64,000 nucleotides of DNA from a virus, in the IMG/VR virus record IMGVR_UViG_3300025009_000004, positions 53,662 to 117,661 of that record, one strand, 5' to 3'. A model generated the notes under the pieces. It saw only the letters and a list, made by a program, of their open reading frames with translations. It did no database searches and was not told where the DNA came from. Shown here piece by piece: positions 57,272 to 64,000 of this stretch (position 1 is its first letter; every line of letters starts with the position of its first letter). The position numbers and the translations under genes are program-made.

Positions 57272-59130
57272 TATCTTACCTCTACTTCATGAGCAATCGT
57301 GTTCTGTAAATACTTAATATACAAATCATCAACTAATTTCTTAGTCATATCTTTGGCTTTATCTGTATTAACACTGCCTTTAATAACATCTTGCTGTAAG
57401 TCAATCGAGAACTCATTACACTGTGCCATTGCTACTTCAAAAAATTCTTTGGGGCTATCTATTTCATCTGCTATTTTATTACAGAAAAGATTTGTAATTT
57501 GACATGCAGTAATTAGAGGTAATTCAAGTTTCTTCTGTAAATCGCTTTGTGCTTCTATACCATTAAGCATTGCTGTCACTAAATCTTCAGAAATCTCCAT
57601 AATGCTGGCTTTAACATTAAGTTTTCGTTTCTGGCTATCATTCTGCTTCTGCACTTTATCTTTAGGATTACTTGGATCTGTCGCTTTAGGTCTGCCATTT
57701 CCACCATTTTTAGTTGTCTGTGCAGGAGCGCCATTTAATCCGCCCTGACCTTGGAACGGAACCGAAGGAGGAGTGCCAAATTTATAATCTGGATTTTCTT
57801 CCTGTTCTTTTCTTTCTTTATTAACCAGAGTCTGTTCCAATTTGGAAGATACTCCAAGTTTCAATGCAGAGCTTGTATCTGACAATATACCACGATCTCT
57901 CATGTTGTCTACTTTGCTTATCAGAACTGCGTCATTATCAAGATTAACGGCGGAGAATCTATATTCAACCATATTGACTTCTAAATTATTTAATTCAGCG
58001 ATCTTATAAGTTAAATATTTCCACCAATCGCCAATCGTATTCTGGCAATCTTCAAGGTTAGTCTTAAACGGCTTTACAGAATAATCTGCGCCATTAGTGC
58101 CACCCTGTAATTGCCCATTAACAAGGAACATCGGACAACCAAGCGCCTCTGCTATGTCTTTGTCTTTGCTATGATACTTCTCATCATATTTAAGTATCTC
58201 ACCATTAGGGCCAGCTTGTATCATCTTCACCTGACCGCCCCATGTCATATAACGAGCCTGTCCTGGACGACCATCTAACATATTTGCAAATGCATTAACT
58301 ACTTGTGTATCTGCTACTAAGCCGGCTTTATCATCGTAAAGCGAAAATATTGTTATCAAAGAAATTAATCCCTGGGTTGTAAATTCATCTAATTGTTTAA
58401 TTCTTTCTTTAGCTGCTAATGCTGCGAACGCTCTTGTTAAGAAGGGGACTCCCCAAAAGAAATATTGTCTACCTCTTCTTGTCAATCTATGCATATTATT
58501 CCTACGAATAACCTGTTCACCATTGGCGTTCTTGCTTATATTTGAATTACCTAAATAATTATTATATCCATTTCTATAAATAACTTGTTCGCCCATTAAA
58601 TCTTTCGTAGGTCTTATCGAGATCGACAATGGATTCAATGGCATTATATTCATCGGCAAGTAATATTCTTTCCCTTTAACTTTACGGGTTTCCCAATATT
58701 CATAAGGGAATATATTGCCATCAAGTAACAAACTTAAAAACATTTCCTCATGCAACTGTCTGCGGCCCATCATTGTTCTTGGATTGTCATAATTAACAAA
58801 ATCCATGATATGTGCCATTATCTTATTGAGTTCTTCATTATCTGTTTCAATCTCCATAATAGTATTTGCCATGATAACTTGCAAATCTACCACGGTTGAA
58901 GCAACGCCACCCATAAGATATAATTTATTAGAGAGCAATATACAGTCGCGAATAATAGGCTCAGAAAATGTTCCTTGTGTAATTGATACATTGAAATCAT
59001 TCAAAGTATTCAAATAACTAATAGACGGAGTGATAGTTATGTCCGTAACTCTTCCAATTACAGTTTCGATATCGCCATTAGGAGTTACATTTTTTATTCT
59101 AACTGTCTTTGACATTTTTCCTCCGTCCAC
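57271..59130 (-). CDS. Portal protein
   Basis: LLLDGNIF, LNPLSISI, WGVPFL, IAEALGCP; follows terL. Confidence 0.82.
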   Translation of the reverse strand: MDGGKMSKTVRIKNVTPNGDIETVIGRVTDITITPSISYLNTLNDFNVSITQGTFSEPIIRDCILLSNKLYLMGGVASTVVDLQVIMANTIMEIETDNEELNKIMAHIMDFVNYDNPRTMMGRRQLHEEMFLSLLLDGNIFPYEYWETRKVKGKEYYLPMNIMPLNPLSISIRPTKDLMGEQVIYRNGYNNYLGNSNISKNANGEQVIRRNNMHRLTRRGRQYFFWGVPFLTRAFAALAAKERIKQLDEFTTQGLISLITIFSLYDDKAGLVADTQVVNAFANMLDGRPGQARYMTWGGQVKMIQAGPNGEILKYDEKYHSKDKDIAEALGCPMFLVNGQLQGGTNGADYSVKPFKTNLEDCQNTIGDWWKYLTYKIAELNNLEVNMVEYRFSAVNLDNDAVLISKVDNMRDRGILSDTSSALKLGVSSKLEQTLVNKERKEQEENPDYKFGTPPSVPFQGQGGLNGAPAQTTKNGGNGRPKATDPSNPKDKVQKQNDSQKRKLNVKASIMEISEDLVTAMLNGIEAQSDLQKKLELPLITACQITNLFCNKIADEIDSPKEFFEVAMAQCNEFSIDLQQDVIKGSVNTDKAKDMTKKLVDDLYIKYLQNTIAHEVEVR

Positions 59131-59160
59131 ACATAATAAAACATTGTTACAAATCTAAGA

Positions 59161-59202
59161 ATGTCCTATCTATATTGTAATTTAATAGATAGGACATGTC
59201 AA
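59161..59202 (-). promoter_or_regulatory. Promoter for portal/head genes embedded in a 13-bp perfect inverted repeat
   Basis: TTGACA-17 bp-TACAAT; arms ATGTCCTATCTAT (59161-59173) and ATAGATAGGACAT (59185-59197). Confidence 0.7.
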
Positions 59203-59225
59203 GAACTATTTTAAAATATTTTATT

Positions 59226-61004
59226 TTATCTCCAAGCCCCACCTGGAATATTTGAGCGTTGTGTCACATTAAGATGGTCTAGCCTCCATTTCCAATACAT
59301 TGCGCCGGCGTACAAGAAAGATGAATATCTATCTTTCTGCCCCGATCTAACAAAGAATTTTAAATAATTACTCGTTGCCTCTGTTTCAACAGATGTCAAC
59401 TGTGTCTTTAATACATGTAAATCTCTATACAACTTATCAATATCTGCCTCTGGTCTTTTCTCATATTGTGGGATACGATTGTCTCTATCATAATCAAAAT
59501 GTCCATGTGTTGTAAATGGAACTATAATAGTTCTACGTTGTAACATATTTTTTAATGACTCATTATGTATCGTGTTGAACTCATCAGTTGGTGACAACAG
59601 CCGTAACATATCTTGATAAGGGGTACAACTTGTAGGGTCAAGGAATGGAGCATTATCTGGATCGGTGGGGTCTATTATAGGAATATGACTAAAATTACTC
59701 GATCTTAAATTATCTCTTATCGGAATACCGCCACCTCTCGCGTCCATGCCTATGAGTGTTGTGCGCGGGAACCTTTTAAGATAATCAAGTATTATATTTG
59801 TAGCTCCACCATAATCTATATTTCTAACGCCAATACAATGAACCAATTGTGCATGATCTTCTAATAGTTCTAATATCGTCAAAGCAAATTCAGCATTTTT
59901 ATTCTGTGTTTTCTGGCCCTTAGCGCTTCCGTAAAAAGGGTCAATGCCCATAAAGCAAATCCCACTTGATTCAAACTTAAGGCATGCCATCGAGTCATTG
60001 CCATTAGCCAATTTATAACTATCATAAACAAGAATAGGTGGATAGAACTTGCCCTCTGATGCCACAGGGATATTTTTCTGTTCTGCAAGCCAATGTTCAT
60101 AGCTTACATTTTCTTCTTTTAATGGCGCTATTATTTCGCCCAAATCCATTCCATAATAAACCTTATAAATTACTATGGGAACATTCGGGTCAATGCTCTG
60201 TTCGCCTATATAACTATCTTCAAAATCAAAAAAGATAACAGCATATTCGTCATTTCCGTCGAGCATTTGCTGTTGATACTCTTTAATAAGCTGGAAGTAA
60301 TAAGTGAAATCATATGAAATAGTTCCAGACAATAGCAAGAAGTTTTTCTCTTTTCTTCTATCTCTAAAGCCAGGAACAGGGCAATATGCAGTTCGTCTAT
60401 CAAAATTCATCGGGTCGTACAATACGTTAAGGAAAGGACGCAATACCTTATCCATGCAATCGCGTTCTATATCATTAGCTTCGCCAACCGTCAACTGATT
60501 AGCACGGAATCCACGATTACCGCCCTTGATAGCTAAGCCTCTACTTATACCCTTGGCCATCTTCATTGACCAGTTAGAGGGCTGTCGCGTTAATACCTTA
60601 TCAACTCTTGGCAGTAATTTTCTTGCATAATTCTTTTCGCTCTGTCCTAATACTTCACTCTTAACGATAGATTCAATATAGTCAAAAGTCTGTTCGGTCT
60701 GTTTAAATGAACCGCCGGCTGTTGATTGTATTTTATATGAAGGATATAACATTTCTAAAAGCGAAATCAGTACGGCTTCCGTAAAGGTCTTAGCCATACC
60801 GCGAGAGAATTGCCATATACATCTTGGGGTCTGCCATGCCGTATTGATTGCTATACGTTGATGAGGCGCTAACCTCAAACCTAACATCATACGCGCAGCC
60901 ATATGTGGATATGTTCTAAAAAACCATATCATACGAAGGTATCGTTTTTTAGTGGCCCAATCTGTTTTAACTGAATGATTTTTAAATTGACTTAGTATTG
61001 CCAT
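59226..61004 (-). CDS. terL: Terminase large subunit
   Basis: PHQ, SRGMAKT Walker A, RGFRAN, LSGT; nuclease motifs GIDP, MDARGGG, KDRYSS. Confidence 0.9.
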   Translation of the reverse strand: MAILSQFKNHSVKTDWATKKRYLRMIWFFRTYPHMAARMMLGLRLAPHQRIAINTAWQTPRCIWQFSRGMAKTFTEAVLISLLEMLYPSYKIQSTAGGSFKQTEQTFDYIESIVKSEVLGQSEKNYARKLLPRVDKVLTRQPSNWSMKMAKGISRGLAIKGGNRGFRANQLTVGEANDIERDCMDKVLRPFLNVLYDPMNFDRRTAYCPVPGFRDRRKEKNFLLLSGTISYDFTYYFQLIKEYQQQMLDGNDEYAVIFFDFEDSYIGEQSIDPNVPIVIYKVYYGMDLGEIIAPLKEENVSYEHWLAEQKNIPVASEGKFYPPILVYDSYKLANGNDSMACLKFESSGICFMGIDPFYGSAKGQKTQNKNAEFALTILELLEDHAQLVHCIGVRNIDYGGATNIILDYLKRFPRTTLIGMDARGGGIPIRDNLRSSNFSHIPIIDPTDPDNAPFLDPTSCTPYQDMLRLLSPTDEFNTIHNESLKNMLQRRTIIVPFTTHGHFDYDRDNRIPQYEKRPEADIDKLYRDLHVLKTQLTSVETEATSNYLKFFVRSGQKDRYSSFLYAGAMYWKWRLDHLNVTQRSNIPGGAWR

Positions 61005-61008
61005 TTAA

Positions 61009-61028
61009 GGCGGGGCCGAAACCCCGCC
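61009..61028 (-). other. GC-rich UUCG hairpin between dnaN and terL
   Basis: GGCGGGGT-TTCG-GCCCCGCC, 4 nt before the terL ATG. Confidence 0.7.
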
Positions 61029-61041
61029 ATTCACATCCTAT

Positions 61042-62163
61042 TTATTTTTTCATTCCGATCATATTAACAGCGCTCTCAGCACCATCGCCGTAGTCAGCTT
61101 CTAATATAAGAGCAATCGGGCCTTGTCTAAGTTTTATTTCATTAGCCGACATACTCTCAAGGGAAGATTTTAGTTTAACATCAGAGTATTTACCTTTAAA
61201 CTCTCCGCTAACTTTAGCTGCTGTTCTTATTGTTCCATGGCTCTGCGACATTGACGTAGCTTTCATAACCAACTTGTCATCGCCGTCATTATCAAGCTCA
61301 ATCCAACAGAACTCGCCATTGCCAGTTAAGGGCAGTATCGACTTCACGTCAGCGTTAATCGAAACGCTAGGAACTATTGCGATATTCTTCGTTTCCATCT
61401 GTTTTTCCATTATGCTATCAAACGGAAGAAATGCAGAGGCCGATGTTCTTATTATATATGAAGCGTTATCAAAACGCAAGCATGTATAATCGCTAAATAT
61501 CGACATAATAATATTCTTTTCATGCGGTTTGTATTTCGCGATTTTAAGTAATATCTTCGGAGGAAGGATAAACTCAACAGCTTCTCCACTCCAACCATTG
61601 TTTATCGAATATTTAGATATTGCTTCCTTGCAAGTAGTATAGCATGTTAAAACGCCATCTCCGCCCCTAAAATAGAACCAACAGAACTCTATGTGTTCTT
61701 TCTTCGGTAATGACCAGGCGGTGGCGTTAATCATCCTCTGGAATGCATCTACGTCGTATTCGGTTTCCTCTAATACTTCGTTTCCGGTTATAGCCGGCGT
61801 AGCAGGGAAATCATCTGCTTTAAATCCTCTTACTTCATAGTTTTGTTTCGGAGTTGAAAGATAAAGCGTTATCGTTTCGGGGTCATAGCATACTTCGGTC
61901 TTAGGCGCCTGTATGCCGTTCAATATCTGGCATAATAAATTAACATTGAACAATGCAGAATATTGAACAGCGTTATCGCCAATCAGTCCAACTGATATGT
62001 CAACAAACGCTTCCATATCTGTAGCGTATAAGCGTAACTGTTCTTTTTCGAATGATATCTTTGCATTAAGTAACATCGGTGATGCTGCGGACGTAGGAAC
62101 AACCTCAGCACATCTTTTTAACTGTCTCAGTAACTCTCCGGTTTTAACCTCAGCTTTGAACAT
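61042..62163 (-). CDS. dnaN: DNA polymerase III beta sliding clamp
   Basis: 373 aa; LRLYATDME, ADDFP and three-domain clamp pattern. Confidence 0.85.
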   Translation of the reverse strand: MFKAEVKTGELLRQLKRCAEVVPTSAASPMLLNAKISFEKEQLRLYATDMEAFVDISVGLIGDNAVQYSALFNVNLLCQILNGIQAPKTEVCYDPETITLYLSTPKQNYEVRGFKADDFPATPAITGNEVLEETEYDVDAFQRMINATAWSLPKKEHIEFCWFYFRGGDGVLTCYTTCKEAISKYSINNGWSGEAVEFILPPKILLKIAKYKPHEKNIIMSIFSDYTCLRFDNASYIIRTSASAFLPFDSIMEKQMETKNIAIVPSVSINADVKSILPLTGNGEFCWIELDNDGDDKLVMKATSMSQSHGTIRTAAKVSGEFKGKYSDVKLKSSLESMSANEIKLRQGPIALILEADYGDGAESAVNMIGMKK

Positions 62164-62175
62164 TCGTATCGCTCC

Positions 62176-62343
62176 TTAATTCGATTTTTTCTTTAATTCT
62201 GATTTTTTAAGTTTATCAAGTTTCTTCGTATAGCATTTCTGGCATACATAATTTTTGATGCCAAGCCTTTTGACATTATATTTGTTTTCATTGGTAATAT
62301 CGAGATTACAGTCCTCGCAAATTATTTTCTTAGCCATTTTCAT
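62176..62343 (-). CDS. 55-aa zinc-finger protein (not in ORF track)
   Basis: AAGGAG + MKMAKKIICEDC...VCQKCYTKK... Confidence 0.6.
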   Translation of the reverse strand: MKMAKKIICEDCNLDITNENKYNVKRLGIKNYVCQKCYTKKLDKLKKSELKKKSN

Positions 62344-62353
62344 ACTCCTTGCT

Positions 62354-63475
62354 TTAAAACTTTATTTGACTTGCCTCTTTGTCTAAATCTTCCATCAACC
62401 CCTTGTTATCTGCTAATATTTTCCGCGCCTCCTCAACTGATGTGCCTTTTGTTAAATATTTAAATGAATGCTCTGATAATTCTTTTGTCCCCCTAAATTC
62501 GCCACGATCATATTTTTGTAATAACATTTCTATCTCTTCAAGAGCAAACAAATTCGATAAATCAATATGGTGTTCTTGTATGTATGCTTCAAACGTATCA
62601 GCAAGATCAGCTATGGTATCCTTCGCAACGCCTTCTGCATCTATACGCTGTTCTCTGGATATGCCAAGCGACTTCTGCGCCTTACATAACCCTTCAAACA
62701 CTTTATCACGAGCATCGCCAGTGAAACGATTATGATGCTTGGCCATGTATTCATCGAAACGAGCCAATTGTATTTCGCGCATAACCACTTCATTTAACAG
62801 AGGAGCGTCAGCGCTACTATTAAGATTATACGAATCACGATAGTCTCTTTTGCGCTTAAAATAATAATCACGTTCCTTCACATAGTCAAATGTTTCAGGG
62901 TCTTTTATCATTGCCTCCGTATCAGGCTCTAAGCAAAGTATCTTATCTAAATCTTCTTTGGGTATTTCCCTTAAATCACTAAGCTGCTTATCAATTTTAG
63001 GAGCGTTCTTTTCGATACGTTCCATTTTGTCTATGTTATCCGTCTGACGATCTAATCTATCCTGTATTGCGTCTCTACCAGCTTGTCCTGCCCAATCTTC
63101 ATCCGGTCTTGACCTATCATAGCCAAAAGCACGTTTAATAGCAGTATTAAAATCTCTGGGGTGGTCGCCATATTGTTGATAGATATCGAACATCTTTTCG
63201 CGAACAAATATCCAAACTATTATATCTGGTTCATTTCTCTTTTTAATATTACGCAGAAACGTATATAAATCTCTGAATATTTTCTCGTAATCTATCTGCG
63301 TAGTTTTTGGTATTTTAGACGAATATAAAAATTCATCTAACGTAGCCGGAAATGCACCAGGCCATAACGAAGATAATTCTTTTTTGATCTTACCTAATGA
63401 AATGTCAAGAGAAGAAGCCATTAGCTTAACATCTTCCTTTTTAAAATAAGATTTTGCTCTTTGCACTGAGGGCAA
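62354..63475 (-). CDS. Possible terminase small subunit
   Basis: Helical protein upstream of terL with KSLGISREQR; call is mainly positional. Confidence 0.4.
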   Translation of the reverse strand: MPSVQRAKSYFKKEDVKLMASSLDISLGKIKKELSSLWPGAFPATLDEFLYSSKIPKTTQIDYEKIFRDLYTFLRNIKKRNEPDIIVWIFVREKMFDIYQQYGDHPRDFNTAIKRAFGYDRSRPDEDWAGQAGRDAIQDRLDRQTDNIDKMERIEKNAPKIDKQLSDLREIPKEDLDKILCLEPDTEAMIKDPETFDYVKERDYYFKRKRDYRDSYNLNSSADAPLLNEVVMREIQLARFDEYMAKHHNRFTGDARDKVFEGLCKAQKSLGISREQRIDAEGVAKDTIADLADTFEAYIQEHHIDLSNLFALEEIEMLLQKYDRGEFRGTKELSEHSFKYLTKGTSVEEARKILADNKGLMEDLDKEASQIKF

Positions 63476-63660
63476 TGAACAAGAACGCGATCAGTATTAT
63501 AATCGAAACACATAACATCCGTAGACTGAAATCTTAAATTACATTCTTTGCAGATAATCGGTCTAGGGGCAATATACGTCTGCCTAAGTCCAGTAATATC
63601 AATGTTTAACTTTTCTTTGAATAGCCCTGTAATTAACTCTTTAGAAGCAACTTTACTCAT
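63421..63660 (-). CDS. Zinc-ribbon protein
   Basis: CKEC...CPQC. Confidence 0.55.
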   Translation of the reverse strand: MSKVASKELITGLFKEKLNIDITGLRQTYIAPRPIICKECNLRFQSTDVMCFDYNTDRVLVHCPQCKEQNLILKRKMLS

Positions 63661-63677
63661 TTGCGATATTCTCCATT

Positions 63678-63857
63678 TTACTTTAATTTATTTTCTAACC
63701 AATTGATAAATCTGTAAACATAAACATTAATAACCATTCCAACATAATCAGCAGCAAAATACATAGGGTCACTGCATGTAACTGTACTTGCCATTGCTGT
63801 AGCCTTAGCGTCTAACTGTTTATATGTTTGAATCGCTGTTAATAATTTCTGTTTCAT
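63678..63857 (-). CDS. Small hypothetical protein
   Basis: ATG 63857 after GGAGG and downstream of a promoter (track start 63947 is unlikely). Confidence 0.5.
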   Translation of the reverse strand: MKQKLLTAIQTYKQLDAKATAMASTVTCSDPMYFAADYVGMVINVYVYRFINWLENKLK

Positions 63858-63879
63858 ATTTATCGCCTCCACGCTTCTT

Positions 63880-63908
63880 ATTTTAGCATACATCAAAATG
63901 AATGTCAA
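63880..63908 (-). promoter_or_regulatory. Sigma70-type promoter heading the packaging operon
   Basis: TTGACA-17 bp-TAAAAT with TG extension. Confidence 0.78.
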
Positions 63909-64000
63909 GAACTTTTTTAGAATAATTAAAATAATTTTCCTATACACATGATAAGATTAAATTATTATCATAATAACTTTAATCTATTATCTATCTTATA

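Larger units (their letters stand above)
1..64000. mobile_element. Segment of a large siphovirus-like bacteriophage genome
   Basis: Colinear terminase-portal-protease-scaffold-capsid-neck-tail tube-chaperone-tape measure-fibre-lysin module plus phage-type replication genes. No host housekeeping operon, integrase or sheath gene seen in the window. Confidence 0.95.

Noticed and set aside
59226-61004. Intein or intron in terminase (also checked helicase and primase)
   Set aside because: Lengths are normal, and no splicing motifs or homing endonuclease insertions are seen.
1-64000. CRISPR array, tRNA or rRNA genes
   Set aside because: Intergenic gaps are all under ~170 bp, and none shows repeat-spacer periodicity or a cloverleaf by eye.
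1-64000. Stop-codon reassignment
   Set aside because: Genes tile densely under the standard code, and TAA, TAG and TGA all end genes at sensible positions.

Overview
The whole 64 kb window reads as part of one large, AT-rich tailed bacteriophage genome with a long non-contractile (siphovirus-type) tail. Sigma70-type promoters, AGGAG ribosome-binding sites, an amidase endolysin and class III RNR point to an anaerobic bacterial host. Positions 1-9724 (+ strand) are nucleotide and DNA metabolism: the end of nrdD fused to a glutaredoxin-like domain, nrdG, a dNMP-kinase-like gene, a Hel308/Ski2-type helicase, a DnaG primase with its zinc finger at the C-terminus, and a miniature phosphomannose isomerase. 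Positions 9721-63857 (- strand) are a virion and lysis module. In transcription order: probable terS, dnaN, terL, portal, protease, scaffold, decoration protein, major capsid, a ~9 kb glycosylation cassette (3 GT4, GT2, GT-A-like, gmd, 2 methyltransferases), neck genes, an internally duplicated tail tube, tail chaperones with a -1 frameshift, tape measure, a solo tnpB, Dit/hub, a central fibre with an S74 chaperone, fibre-like proteins carrying Sec signal peptides, and a lysis region with an orphan response regulator. The strongest candidates for an undescribed system are (i) the promoter-bounded glycan cassette between capsid and neck genes and (ii) the signal-peptide-bearing, apparently exported tail-fibre/adhesin proteins. 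All product calls come from reading motifs by eye; no database searches were run.
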